A stretch of 64,000 nt of DNA from Octopus bimaculoides (lineage: Eukaryota), in NCBI RefSeq assembly GCF_001194135.2, contig NC_068982.1, forward strand, positions 145,065,154 through 145,129,153, read 5' to 3'. A program made the position numbers and the translations under genes. The notes under the pieces were generated by a model, which was not told the DNA's origin, searched no databases, and saw only the letters and a list, made by a program, of their open reading frames with translations. Numbering within the stretch: the stretch's first letter is position 1; the number at the start of each line of letters is the position of its first letter. Positions 27,796 to 41,653 of this stretch are shown piece by piece.

Positions 27796-28011
27796 GCCGC
27801 TGCTGCCGCTGCTGCTGCTGCTGCAGTTCCCGGGGTAAATATTAATATAAACAAAGGAGAGAACGATGATAATAGGAATTGGAAAAACATTGTGAAAATA
27901 GTTGTTGACGGTTATATTGACGGAACTCTTTTCATTTTTCACAGACATTATTATTATAAAATGCAATTCGAACTTTTTTGCTTATTGTAACTTGCATGCG
28001 CTTGTATAGAC

Positions 28012-28716
28012 GGAACATGGTCGAATGGTTAAGAATTAAGATCGTTTCACTATTACGATGTCTCAAGTTCGACCACGTTGCATGGTATTTCGTGTATGTG
28101 TTATTTTACTATAGTGTTGTCACATGCTTTGTGAGTGCAAGTGGATAGAAGAAAATTGTGTCACACACAACCCACCAAATGGAAGACGCCTGATTTCTAA
28201 ACGAACATTATATTAAGGGTACACGTGTCTTGGGAGGCGCAATGGCCCAGTGGTTAGGGCAGCGGACTCGCGGTCATAGGATCGAGGTTTCGATTCCCAG
28301 ACCGGGCGTTGTGAGTGTTTATTGAGCGAAAATACTCAAAGCTCCACAAGGCTCCGGCAGGGGATGGTGGCGAACCCTGCTGTACTCTTCCACCACAACT
28401 TTCTCTCACTCTTACTTCCTGTTTCTGTCGTGCCTGTAATTCAAAGGGTCAGCCTTGTCACACTGTGTCACGCTGAATATCCCCAAGAACTACGTTAAGT
28501 GTACACGTGTCTGTGGAGTGCTCAGCCACTTGCACGTTAATTTCACGAGCCGGCTGTTCCGTTGATCGGATCAACTGGAACCCTCGACGTCGTAAGCGAC
28601 GGAGTGCCAACAACAACACATGTCTGGGTATACTCAGCTACTTAGGTAAAGTAAACGAACAAGCAGTTCACTTGATCAAACAATAAATGCTCGTTGTCGA
28701 AATCAACGGAGGATCC
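28012..28716 (+). mobile_element. Old degenerate SINE interrupted by a younger SINE at 28231-28615
   Basis: Family B-like head at 28012-28160, then taagggtacacgtgtct. Downstream of the insert, the sequence continues with a diverged copy of the same 3' tail as the insert (ctcagc.actt..ttgatc..ctcgt.gtcg.aa.c.acggag). Confidence 0.65.
28231..28615 (+). mobile_element. Full-length tRNA-derived SINE family C with (CAA)n tail
   Basis: A box tggcccagtggtt, B box gtttcgattcc, tail cgacggagtgccaacaacaac. Flanked by acacgtgtct (28221-28230) and acacatgtct (28616-28625). Confidence 0.9.
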
Positions 28717-29080
28717 ATCCATCTTCTTTATCCCCTCCTCCTCCTCCTCCTCCTCCTCCTCGTGTGCATATAGATGTTTGTTTATGTGTATAGATGTGTG
28801 TATATGTAACGCGTATGGCCATGTGTGTGTGTGTGTTTATGTGCGTGTATTTGAGATGTATATATGTGTAGAGATACGTGCGCATTGCAAACTATAGAAC
28901 ATATGTTTCTTAGAACATTAGCTCATAGTTAGAATAGGCTTCAAATGTTGATGAAAATGATGACCTTGTTGTTGTTCATAATCTGATTTTTATCAAGCCA
29001 TGACCATACATCCGGTATTCTTTATTAAAGTAAATAGTCTATCCAGAACTGTACTGTTCATAGGCGTTCTTTCGTTTTAA

Positions 29081-29305
29081 ACTCTTTTGACACCAACCTC
29101 ACTGAGACCCTCTCTAACATTGTAATACAAATGTTTTGTTTTCAAAAGTTCTGAATTAAAATCTTCCGACAAAATTTAGTCTTAATTTGTGTTCATAACA
29201 CTAGCTAGTAATAGTAACAAAGTTATTTTGCTAAATTCTTCTGTGTACTTAAAATTAACTGAAATAAACACAGAGTATCTCAACAGTAATATAGTCACAA
29301 AAGGG
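29081..29305. mobile_element. piggyBac-like MITE
   Basis: Flanked by TTAA at 29077-29080 and 29306-29309. Ends (a)ctcttttg and caaaaggg are near-inverted, typical of TTAA-specific CCC..GGG elements. Confidence 0.65.
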
Positions 29306-29780
29306 TTAAGGTGAGATTTAAAAGAAATCAGACTGTTATTTCTAACAGTTCGTATAACCGCGTAGACGTTCTCTCAGAGACTTTTTGTTGTTGCTGTTGT
29401 TGTGGAGTTCCAAATAATTTCTGATCAAGTAGCCCCATCATACATAAGTGATAGACTAGATTTGATCCACGGACCCGTTGCTCCAGACATGTAATACCAA
29501 TGTCTGGTTGAGGACTATGCTGCACCTTCTGAACATACGTGAGGCAGGGTTTAATCATTTGTGGAGAAGTGTTGCTCCCTGGACAACACTCTCACTACTG
29601 ATCAGTCTGCTTTTTTTTATGTTCTTTTATTCCAGTGGTGGTCGTAACAAAGGCTGGCAAAGTAAACACAGTCAAACAAGTGACAGCCATTGCACTTCTG
29701 TATTTATTAGTGATACTGTATGCACACCGCTATATTTAAGGTTGCCAAGGCTATTAATGGAGCTTCTAATTTTCCGATTC

Positions 29781-29910
29781 AACAAAAGAGGCCGATAGAA
29801 TCAGTTCCAAGTTTAAAATACATGCTGAGGTCCATTTGTCCGACTAACCCTACAGGACGTTGTTCCAGCATGGCCACAGTGTAATGACCGATACAAGTCA
29901 AAAAATGAAA
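29781..29910 (+). mobile_element. SINE family B 3' relic
   Basis: caaaagag.ccgatagaat..cgactaa..ccagcatggccacagt..atgac.ga.acaagt matches the 9187-9591 tail. Confidence 0.7.
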
Positions 29911-31089
29911 GCGTATACAATATTTCCTCATTCGAATGGGCATAGGATCTGTATTGGTTGTGGGGTATCCCCCACCTTTGGTCTTTATTATTGTCACTCT
30001 CTCTCTCTTTCCTCCATTCACGGTGAGTTATAATATGATGCAGCTAACTGTAGCGTGTGAAGTAATATCTCGGTAAGCACGCCTTAATATTTCACACAAG
30101 TGGACAGAAAAATTAGTTTTCTATTATGATTCATGATTATATGATTGATTGAGTTTAATATTTATGATGAATTTACTATCTTTGGTAAGAATGCAGCACC
30201 ACATTGGCATAGCCAGAATATCAACCTTTGTTAACTCACAAATGAACTCTGCCTGCGTTATCGATTCTCTGACTTAATAACCATTCCTTGTGTAGTAAGC
30301 CATTCACTCACTCGTATTCGTGCATATATGCATACACACTTTCACGCATTAACATGTTGCTATACATGAAAACATGCGCATGCACATGTAAACCACGAAA
30401 ATCTACTTATGTATTAATGGCCTCTTTCCGTTCGTTGATGCATTATATATAATGAATGTGTGAGTTTACGGGTGAATAACGAAATTTTCAATATCGAACT
30501 GGAGAACTTCAGTTGATTAAGTCGACAGCTTGTTCAACTACCAGCAGCAGGTTAGGCAACATCCAGATTTTTAAACCTCGTTATGTCGAATCGATTTTTT
30601 TTTCTTTTGCTACTTAGGTCTTGCATAAGGGGCAGTGCCCATTGCCTTCGCAGGCTCTGCGATGCTATGAGATTGATGCCGTTAACGTCTCATTTGAACT
30701 GTCACTAATTTAACGGTGGTGCCCCAGCATGACCACAGTTTTGAAGCTGAAACGATTTAAAGATTTAATCGACGACTGGTAGAAGAAACATCGGCAGGGA
30801 GACAGTTGGAGGGAGCCAATGTTCTGGACAAGTATGATACGGCAGAGGGTTTAGTGCGTGGCTTGGAGTGAGATGTTCACAACATAGCTGAAAGGAGGAG
30901 GTGAGACAAGAGAGTTTTAGAAGGGAGCGTGGAAGTGCACTAGATCAAACGATTCGGGAAGCAGAGCTCATTGTTGTAACTGTAGTAATGGCAGAGCGAA
31001 AGAGAGAGGAAAAGAAAGAGAGAAGGGATGAAAGTGAGAGAGAAAAGGAGGAGAAAAAGAGAAAGAGAACGAAAGAGAGGGAGGGAGGG

Positions 31090-31169
<80 letters not shown>

Positions 31170-31867
31170 AAACAGCATGTTTGTGCGGTCAAAGTTGGAG
31201 TAGACTTTCTCTAGGTGCAGAATCTCTGTACCTGCTGCTGCACCGTCCTAGATGTGACAGCAGTGCTTCTTTATTGGTCATACTTGAGCTTTATAGGTGT
31301 TCAGCGATTGACAGGTGATTGTTTCGGTCTAAAAAGGGACAATTTTGAGATACAGCCCTAGATACGTTAAGGATGTATATTCACCATCTGAGATCCTCAG
31401 TGATTGCGAGGCCGTGTAAAGTTAACGTGAGGGCACTGGTTGCGCGCTGTTAATATTTAAAGGAACTGAGGAATGACGGCCTTTTCTTCAAGATATTCAA
31501 TAGTTCAGAGTATTTTGTTGTTAATAGTTATGAGAAAGAAGAAAAGTAACTTTTGCTGTAAGAAGTGGCAGCAATAGAAATCTAACGACTTTTAGTGTGC
31601 AGTGCTGGTAAGAATTGAGTAGAACGAGTCATGTTGCATATGATCAAATGAGGTGCAACGCTGACAGAGATGGGTCGTATTCTGTTGGCATTGCTTCTTG
31701 TTACACAACAAGAACACGAAGTATTTGTTACTCTTCCAGCCTTGTTGATTCTTGATCTCTTTAAACCAACAGAAATAAGAGTGATAAAAAGTGGAGATAA
31801 GCTGCAAGATACATTCGAACCCCAGTTGACTAGTTTCAATTCATTTACAGTATGAAAGTATGGTCAT

Positions 31868-31971
31868 CCCACTTGATTTAAATGATCTCTAATCATACTT
31901 GATTCAAATGAGTTCCATTCCCACTTGATTCAGATGAACTCCAATCCCGCTTGATGCAAATGAGCTCTAAT
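31868..31971. repeat. Minisatellite 4 x 26 bp
   Basis: cccacttgatttaaatgatctctaat / catacttgattcaaatgagttccatt / cccacttgattcagatgaactccaat / cccgcttgatgcaaatgagctctaat. Confidence 0.9.
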
Positions 31972-32139
31972 ATGTTATCTTGGTACTGAAACACCATATG
32001 TGATTCCGCCATTATGCAATGGTGACCTAATAACGCATCAATGATTTGTGTGTAGATTACTAGGTTTCATTTTCATAACGAAAGTAATTAATGATTTGGC
32101 GAGCGAGGGACGGACAGAAAGAGAGGGAGAGAAAGATAA

Positions 32140-32218
<79 letters not shown>

Positions 32219-32969
32219 AAGCGAGCGAACAAGAGAGCAGTCAAGGTCTGTTACAACTTCTCAAAGAAATTTAAAATGTACATTCGTTTCAATGAAATAA
32301 ATTACAATATAAGTCATTAGAAAAGGAGACTAAGTAAATTTACACAATTAATTATATCTCTTCGGTGCAAGCTCTGCTGTATCTTTAAGAAGTTTGATAG
32401 GAACTATCGAATGGTAAGTAACTCCTTAAAAGGGAAGTAACCCAGGTTCAAGTCTGACACCCAGTACTAATCGATAAAATGCGTATCAGAGTAAGTACTG
32501 GAATTAATACCCTTGATACGATACCTCTGTCGGGGGTGCAGTTCAATAATTAAAACCAATAAAAGACTGGAAAATAATTATGTAAACTTGGTGGATTAAG
32601 ACGGATTAACATCTTTTTTCTAAGAAAGTCTTCATGACATTCAAGAAACGACTATTAGTGTAAAATATTTCTTGACATTCGAAATAAATATAGCTATTTT
32701 CGTGACAGTGGCTAAAATTTATAGAAAACATACCGAGTTAACTAGAAGAAATTGGTAAGAGCAAGATATCTGCTAATCTGCCATCAAAAATATCTGATCG
32801 TCTCAGAAATAGGAATATGTATTTTGATTAACTGATTTAGCGACCTTGAAGAATTCGTTCAACATGATGCCAAATATTGGTGATTTAAAAATAAAACCGA
32901 TCGATTTAGGAATTACACTGAACTTAGAGAAATATAAAATCAAAATTTCCCCCTTCCTATCTATCTATC

Positions 32970-33039
<70 letters not shown>

Positions 33040-33592
33040 ACTGTCTGTCTGTTTGTCTGTCTGTCTGTCAGCCTGTCTGTCTACCAGCCTGTCTGTTTGA
33101 TTTGCTGTGTTTTTCCTGTTTGTTAGTCTCTCTCAGTATGTCTATCTCCCCAACCGACTTCTTGAAGGTAAAAAAAAACTACTGTTTATGATAGAAGTAC
33201 TTTGATATAACAGAAGAGTTTAGGTTCTATAATTACAGTTTTGCATACACGTATCCAGTTTCTTAGACACTCAAATACACACCTGTCAAATACACGATAG
33301 ATGCTAAATATAACTTACGTGCAAATTATTATAACAAACGAAAGCAATCACTAAATTTTATCGAAAAGGAAAATGAAGTCTTCAAGTAGGCATTTTTTGT
33401 TCTGGTTCAAGATTAATTTCAGTACTTTTCACTTGTTATTAAAACAGGCTTCTTGTAGACAAACGTCGAGTTATATGAATAGGGCAAAATCACTGAAAAT
33501 GAAACGGAACCGTATATCCATACAGTATGTTATTAATTAAGCATCGGGGACTAAGGTATTTGTGTATGGAAATTTTCAGTTCAGTATATACG

Positions 33593-33716
<124 letters not shown>

Positions 33717-33720
33717 AACT

Positions 33721-34058
33721 ATGCCCTTCCATGTGTCAGGAGAGATGCTAGTATCTCTCAAGGAAGCCTTCAGCAAGTCTTTATACCTCTTGTTTGGTTT
33801 ATGTAGAGGTCGTCCTCATTTAGCTAACTCTCCATACAAGAGTTGTTTTGGCATCCTTGAATCTTTCAGCCTGACCAGATGACCACTTCATTTGAGCCTT
33901 TGCCTCAACTCAAGAGCTTCTCTACTTTTACACCGAGAGCTTTCCAATATCTCATGATCACTGATGCGGTCCTCCCACTTGATGCCATAGATCAGCCTGA
34001 GACACATCTGATGGAAACGTTCCAGTTGTTTAAGGTGGTATCGATATGTGACCCAGGT
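33721..34058 (-). mobile_element. RTE-clade (BovB-like) LINE ORF C-terminal fragment with nonsense codons
   Basis: TWVTYRYHLKQLERFHQMCLRLIYGIKWEDRISDHEILE..QRLK*SGHLVRLKDSRMPKQLLYGELAK*GRPLHKPNKRYKDLLKASL matches the RTE motif LRWSGHVxRMxDxRxPKQLLYGEL. Confidence 0.9.
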
Positions 34059-34067
34059 ATATATGTA

Positions 34068-34114
<47 letters not shown>

Positions 34115-34507
34115 NNNNNNNNNNNNNNNNNNNNNNNNNNNNNNNNNNNNNNNNNNNNNNNNNNNNNNNNNNNNNNNNNNNNNNNNNNNNNNNNNNNNNN
34201 NNNNNNNNNNNNNNNNNNNNNNNNNNNNNNNNNNNNNNNNNNNNNNNNNNNNNNNNNNNNNNNNNNNNNNNNNNNNNNNNNNNNNNNNNNNNNNNNNNNN
34301 NNNNNNNNNNNNNNNNNNNNNNNNNNNNNNNNNNNNNNNNNNNNNNNNNNNNNNNNNNNNNNNNNNNNNNNNNNNNNNNNNNNNNNNNNNNNNNNNNNNN
34401 NNNNNNNNNNNNNNNNNNNNNNNNNNNNNNNNNNNNNNNNNNNNNNNNNNNNNNNNNNNNNNNNNNNNNNNNNNNNNNNNNNAAAGACGGAAGAAATGCT
34501 GTCTTTG

Positions 34508-34928
34508 GCCAATAGGCCAGATATAGTTGTCAAAGATCATGAAGGAAAAAAATGCTTTCTAATTGATGTCTCAATACCAGCAGATGACAACGTTTCCCTA
34601 AAAGAAATGGAGAAACTTTCAAAATATAAAGACCTGGAAATAGAGGTAACTCCAATGTGGAATCTAAAAACAGAAACAATTCCTATCATAGTAGGCGCTT
34701 TAGGTATGATAAAAAAAATATTCAGACAAATACATAACAAAAACACCAGGACTTATAAATATATATATAACATACAGAAAATTGCACTACTAGGCAGTGC
34801 ACATACCCTACGCAAAACACTTTCAATACAATAACCATAAGAGCATCACAGCAAACAACAGCACATACCCAAGGCACACAGAGCTGCCCTCGGTAGTGAA
34901 GTGAAAGCACGTTATAAAAATAAAACTA

Positions 34929-34988
<60 letters not shown>
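34508..34988 (+). mobile_element. R4/Dong-like non-LTR retrotransposon 3' end: restriction-like endonuclease domain, 3' UTR and (AAT)n tail
   Basis: ANRPDIVVKD..CFLIDVSIP..KEMEKLSKYKDLEIEV..W..IPIIVGALG..IQKIALLGSAHTLRKTLS* carries the RLE motif R-P-D..D..K..KY. Stop at 34832-34834, UTR to about 34931, (AAT)n 34932-34988. Confidence 0.85.
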
Positions 34989-34990
<2 letters not shown>

Positions 34991-36474
34991 TATGAATTGG
35001 TGTATTTTTGAACGTAGTGTTGTATATATGCCAAAGAAGGCAGAATACTAAAAGTTGAGATGAAACTGAATGTGAAACGTTGCATGGAGTCGATTGACAG
35101 TTGATTATAACTGCCTAAGACGTTGAATTTAGCGCCTTCGATTATGAATAATGTTGAAACGAAATGCATTCACGCAGGAATAATAGGAAGATCATCCTCT
35201 AAAACAACTTATTTACGTAATCAAGCAGCGGAGAATGGAGAAATTGTTTGTGCTGTAGCTTGCAGATATGAAAAAAAAAATAACGTTTCTCTGATGCAGT
35301 AAAGTCAATATCTGACAAAATGTTTTTGTAGAGTCTGGGAGAACTAAAATATTTACGTCCAGGAAAAGGTGGTTTTATTGTTTGGAAACCATTCTAAATA
35401 TCCTTAGATTATCTGTCCAAATTTAAACGTTCCGCAAATGGGAAAATATATCGCTGTTTGGCTCCAACCAATACTTCTATGACAAAAAGCAGTCCATCCA
35501 CACTATCCTTTCTGTTATTCCGACACATTTTATCTGAGACTACATTATTCCAGGTGACCCTTTAACAACGGCTGCACTTTGTGATTTGAGGAAGAAGTGG
35601 CTAATATTTATAACATATTGAGCAACTGCGTTGAGGATGTTTTGCTGAATTGACGCGAACCAAGTACAACTGATTTGTCAGTTACTGTAAGTAGAACACT
35701 GTGCAGGAAAATATACCATTGTGTGAGAACTGGGTTCAGTTGTTCTCGAGGGAAAAATGTTTCCGAGACAGATAGGTGCCTGTTCCAGTACTAAATGTGT
35801 CTATCACTTGATGCCATAAGAAAAGAAAAAAAAAAGGATACTTTAGAAGACAATAATAATAAAAATCAACGAGGAGACAGACAAATCATATTTTGTTTGC
35901 TACAAATCGAAATCTGAGTTATTGTATGCTATCAGAGATAAAATCTAAATTAACATTTGTGATTTAATAGAAAAAAAAATACCCCGAAAAACTGAACAAG
36001 TAACGTCTCAGCACAATGTCTCTTTTATTTATTTCTCTCGTTTTACATTCTTCAGTTGTGTTTGGAGAGAATCAACAGATAAACGCAGTGGTCTTATATT
36101 TTACGACATGCTAATAAAATATTTCTGCTCGGATTTATTTTTGTCTCCTCACATGTTTTTTATCACTCGCTTATCCTTTTTTTTTTCGATAGTTTTAGAT
36201 TATTTTTTGAATTATTGACAAATAGTTTTTGAAGTATTTATTGAATTAAACAGTTTCGATTCAGATATTTTTCATATGAGATGTTCCTAATATATGTAGA
36301 AATCCCTACTTAGAGTTAATACTGCTGTTGGTATTTTAAAGTCACCGTAAAACTGCTCCATTCTTTCGGAATGTTTGTTGTTTCGAAATTTAAATTAAGT
36401 TGCAATAGTATAAACATAACAACTAAGAGCAGCTGTCTTTTTTCAACAGCAGCAACAACAACAACAACAACACA

Positions 36475-36511
<37 letters not shown>

Positions 36512-36572
36512 ACACACACACACACACACATAATATAATATAATATAATATAATATAATATAATATAATATA

Positions 36573-36614
<42 letters not shown>

Positions 36615-37963
36615 AAGTATTATTCACATTTCTGACAGCTATTTGTGGAAACATTTATATTCATATATCCATATAAGGTACATTGATAATATATAAAATT
36701 ATTTGATATATTCAGAGATATATTCACATAATTATGTAGGTATACGTATTATATACAAAATATATGTAGAGGATACCGATTTTTACAGATATTTACGAAC
36801 ATATATATAATGAAAAGAAGTACTCACTCATAGTAAATGGATGCATATGAAACTACACAATACAATTTTAGTATATCGAAGCAAAATATTAAACACACAT
36901 TTAAGCATACACGGATGCATATATGCATATACTTACACAATCACACATACAGACAAACGTATTAACGCTCATACACACATAAACACACACATACAATCTC
37001 ACAAAATATAGATGTTCAATATAATTTATTATTTTAAAGCAACTTTAAAAATAACAACGGCTCATTTATTGATAGGAACGCCTTAATACTAGAGTAGCGT
37101 CGAACTTATTGTGGTTAAGTACTGACTACAACTTTGGCCTGACGGCTTATTTATAGACTATTTTTGCTCTTTTGAGTCCAAAATAGGTTTTATCAGATTT
37201 ATCAGATAAAGTTATTACAAAGAAGTAGATGTTTCATCGGAATCATTTGAAGAAGCTTTCAGTTTTCTGTAATAAAACTTTAAGGAAGACTTCCTTGTAT
37301 GATTTTTCACTGGGATTTCAATGGGATTTTGACAACTTGCAACATTATCCGTATCAGTGTCTCTAGATTGGAGCTTTATTACGTGAAAGAAGAGAAGGAA
37401 TGTAAATGTAATATCTACCAACATAATTATGCGAATATAACCCTGAATATATGAAATAATTTTATATATTATCTATGTACCTGAATATATGCACATATAT
37501 ACTTAAATATATATGTATTTTTCTTTGAGTATAAATCAAGTTCTTCTTAAGAGAGTTGAAACCGGTTGCTAACAAACGACAAGACTTTTTGAATTAAGAG
37601 AGTCGCCGGTGTTTGTAAATATGTGGTTGAGTTGGTGCGTTGGTTGAACTGTCGATGCATGCACACAAGTGTTGCATCTATTTACACAAGAATCTCAGAT
37701 GGAGAATTTTTGGAATGTCTAACAAATCTTCTCTGTGCCACTAATAGATTGAATTCGTAGAATCTACATCAGTTTCTTTTACTCTTTTTCCGTGTGTTAT
37801 ATCGCACGTGCGGATGACCTCTACTCAACTCTCACTTCCAACGACTCAACTCTACCGAACTCGACGTCTAGTCTACCGACGCCTGGGGGCGTCCACACAA
37901 TACCGTGAAAACCGTGTATTTCTAGGTTTTTGTGCACATTTCTTGGTGCATAACCTAATGAAC

Positions 37964-37994
<31 letters not shown>

Positions 37995-37996
37995 TG

Positions 37997-38035
<39 letters not shown>

Positions 38036-39749
38036 ATGCACATATTTTTGCATATGTAAATTTAAGACCGAGCCACACCTGTTGACAAAATTTTGCTTGC
38101 TGATAAGTATGAAAATCAGACAATTCTTCTCATCATTCCGTTCGTTAATATGAGTTATTTGCCTAAACTCATTCTTTTAATCATAGAAATCATTCCCGGT
38201 TGCTTTTTTGTGCTGTATTTTAAGAATTAGTCTTATTCATTTTTGTATATCCTCAGTGGACCCCTAATATGAGCAAACTTAATATGACCAGCTTCAACCA
38301 TGCATCGTTACTTTTGTCAAGAAAGTAGAATTTATCTGAAAGCAATTTAAGTTGCTGTTCCTCAAAGGAGTTCCCTCATCAACTCATGCAACTATATGTT
38401 TTTATTATTCAATGATGACAAAATCCCAACCTCTCTTCCTCTCATCTCTTGAAAAAAAACTGAGTTAGACGAAATATTATACAATGTATTTGTGATTACA
38501 TTGAGTTATAGTCAGCTGAGTAGATCGAGTGAAAAATCAATGGTGTCTATGACACTCAGCTTTCAAACACAAAAAAATAAGAATAGAAGTTTATATCCAT
38601 GTGACGGGATATGTATACAATAACGTTTCGATCAAAGCTCTTTGTCGAAGAATAAATGCATTACAAATTGATTCTTGTTTACATATGCCTGGCAATTTGA
38701 ATGGCAATTCTGTAATGATATATTCCATGTAGTTGCAAACAGATACCATGAAATATGACATTTCCTATTCGTAAATAGCAACAGCAACATCAGCAGCAGT
38801 GGTAGAAGTGTATAATTAATTAGCATTTTGTCTGCGTATTGTATTAACATCAACATTATTGTGCACACTCATTGTTATTCATGTATGATGGTTAGGCTAG
38901 GCAGTTGCTGACTCTTATTTGAAATATAGCTTTTCATATTTAGACAGAAAAAAATATGTTTTTAATCCATAATGAAAAACCATCTTTATAAAACTGTATG
39001 GAGGCAATAAATAGATATTAATGCTTGGAATATGGCAGAAATGTATAGAAAAAAAATCTAGTATTTTTGTGATGCAAACGTCCAAATGAAATTGAAGCTA
39101 TACAAGTCTGGGATTGAACATCAGATATAACCATAAAGGTTATATTAAATTGCTGGTTTCGATTTAATTGACAGTATTCTTTCCCTATAACATACTGGCA
39201 GATTCCATTAACCGATGCGGGAGCCACTGAGTAGATGCCAGACATACTAGAAATAGCTACCAAATTTTCTTTAGATCACAAACGTATTGCGGGAGTTGAA
39301 GTCGAGAATGAAATAAAATTTCTATTATTCTAATCTAGATTTTAGAGTAACCAAATCCTTGTCAAGGGATAGGGAGAAAAAATAAAGCTTGGAAGTAAAT
39401 AACTGATCATATTTAGTTTCGTTCTTTTTCATCTTTAGTTCTTTTACGATAGTGACCATGACCTTTCTGTAGCATTTCCGAGAAAACTGGAGAAAGCACT
39501 GACTACCTCAGACTGGAGACTATATTCAAATGTTTGCAACAGAGCGGTCTCAGAGTTCAAATACTGGTGTCAAAATGCGTGATCATGTCTGCCACCCATT
39601 TAAATCTACCACCAAAATGTCACTAAAGATATCCTTAATTTTTATGTTCAGTATCGTTAAATGTAGTACAAGTAAAATAACGGGTCGATTCAGTAGACCA
39701 CTTTAAATATTAGTCTGAACATGATAAACTTTCAACGAAATTTTTTAGA

Positions 39750-39975
39750 GTCTTTATAAACTTGGGCTGGCAATAAAAATGTGATAGGTGTGAAATGTTG
39801 GCTTTTATTTGGCACTAAGGCATGTTCCAGATATGACCATTTACTCTCTGTTTTTCAGGCATAATGTATCTATGGCTATGTTATTTAATGTATAATTTTT
39901 GAGCTCAATAAATAATGACTATGATAGACTTAGGTGCTATTTCTAACATGCCGAGTGACATGTAGAGAGCCACTG
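39750..39975 (+). repeat. Unclassified dispersed repeat (related pieces near 10805-10880, 11200-11290, 35530-35630, 39225-39290 and 41718-41839)
   Basis: Shared motifs gaccat..ttttt.aggcataatgtat and gattt.g.tgctatttcta.ca.g.cgag.gac. The 41718-41839 copy is closely similar to 39750-39869. Confidence 0.5.
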
Positions 39976-40730
39976 GTTGGTTTATAAGATATGCTGCTGC
40001 ATGGCAGAGAAAATTATTGTCAGTTAAACCAATTCCAATATATTATTGATAATATTTTATTGAAGCCGAAAGGGATGAAAGTCTACATCGATTCTTGTAG
40101 GATTGAATTTCAAACAAGCAAATAAGAAAAGAATAACTCCATTGTTTTCTTTCATGTTTCAGACAGATGAAATTGGACAGCAGTTATAACACTTTTCAAG
40201 GTTTCGAAGTGGTGAAGAGAAGAAAGGAAGAACTTATCAGATCGGAGACATGGCCCGACTACCTACCACAAAAGAATATGTGGGAGATTTAAACCAGGCG
40301 ATGAATTAAGTCTATCATCTCAGAACAGATATAACAAATTATTTACAATTCTGAACATCTGGCTAAGATAAGGCACAGAAAAAAAGGTTAAGGATTAACA
40401 AATAAATTGTAATCAAACATTGACGTAACCAATTGTTCTTGATTACAAGATTGTCTTCTGTAAATGTGAGAATCTCGTTTAATAAATATGTAGTTTGTCA
40501 TTAAGGAACTGATGTAAAACTTTGGTTTAGCCGCCTCACGCAAACATCTGATTACGTTTATAAATTATGATCGATTGACCGGCTCGTTGTTACAATGAAC
40601 TCATTAGAAGTTTTTGGAAAGAAATGCGGAAAAATCGATTGCTTCGGAAGAGAGTGATCTTAGATAATTGCACCACTAAATACCTCTATTAACGCTCTCA
40701 GACACAAAAAAATACACAAAGACACGCATA

Positions 40731-40798
<68 letters not shown>

Positions 40799-41620
40799 NN
40801 NNNNNNNNNNNNNNNNNNNNNNNNNNNNNNNNNNNNNNNNNNNNNNNNNNNNNNNNNNNNNNNNNNNNNNNNNNNNNNNNNNNNNNNNNNNNNNNNNNNN
40901 NNNNNNNNNNNNNNNNNNNNNNNNNNNNNNNNNNNNNNNNNNNNNNNNNNNNNNNNNNNNNNNNNNNNNNNNNNNNNNNNNNNNNNNNNNNNNNNNNNNN
41001 NNNNNNNNNNNNNNNNNNNNNNNNNNNNNNNNNNNNNNNNNNNNNNNNNNNNNNNNNNNNNNNNNNNNNNNNNNNNNNNNNNNNNNNNNNNNNNNNNNNN
41101 NNNNNNNNNNNNNNNNNNNNNNNNNNNNNNNNNNNNNNNNNNNNNNNNNNNNNNNNNNNNNNNNNNNNNNNNNNNNNNNNNNNNNNNNNNNNNNNNNNNN
41201 NNNNNNNNNNNNNNNNNNNNNNNNNNNNNNNNNNNNNNNNNNNNNNNNNNNNNNNNNNNNNNNNNNNNNNNNNNNNNNNNNNNNNNNNNNNNNNNNNNNN
41301 NNNNNNNNNNNNNNNNNNNNNNNNNNNNNNNNNNNNNNNNNNNNNNNNNNNNNNNNNNNNNNNNNNNNNNNNNNNNNNNNNNNNNNNNNNNNNNNNNNNN
41401 NNNNNNNNNNNNNNNNNNNNNNNNNNNNNNNNNNNNNNNNNNNNNNNNNNNNNNNNNNNNNNNNNNNNNNNNNNNNNNNNNNNNNTATATATATATATAT
41501 TTGTGTATATTGTATCATAAGAACTTGTGGCGTAATAAATCTATAACTGACTCTTTCCGTGCTGAGTTCCATATCAGATAATAGTTTTAATCAACCTTTA
41601 ACACACCCACACATTCGGAT

Positions 41621-41653
<33 letters not shown>

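Noticed and set aside
28231-28305. tRNA-like A/B boxes
   Set aside because: These are the head of a SINE followed by SINE body and tail; no complete cloverleaf or acceptor stem is present.
33721-34988. Idea of a chimeric RTE plus RLE element
   Set aside because: The two fragments lie on opposite strands, belong to different clades, and are separated by a (TA)n-bounded assembly gap.
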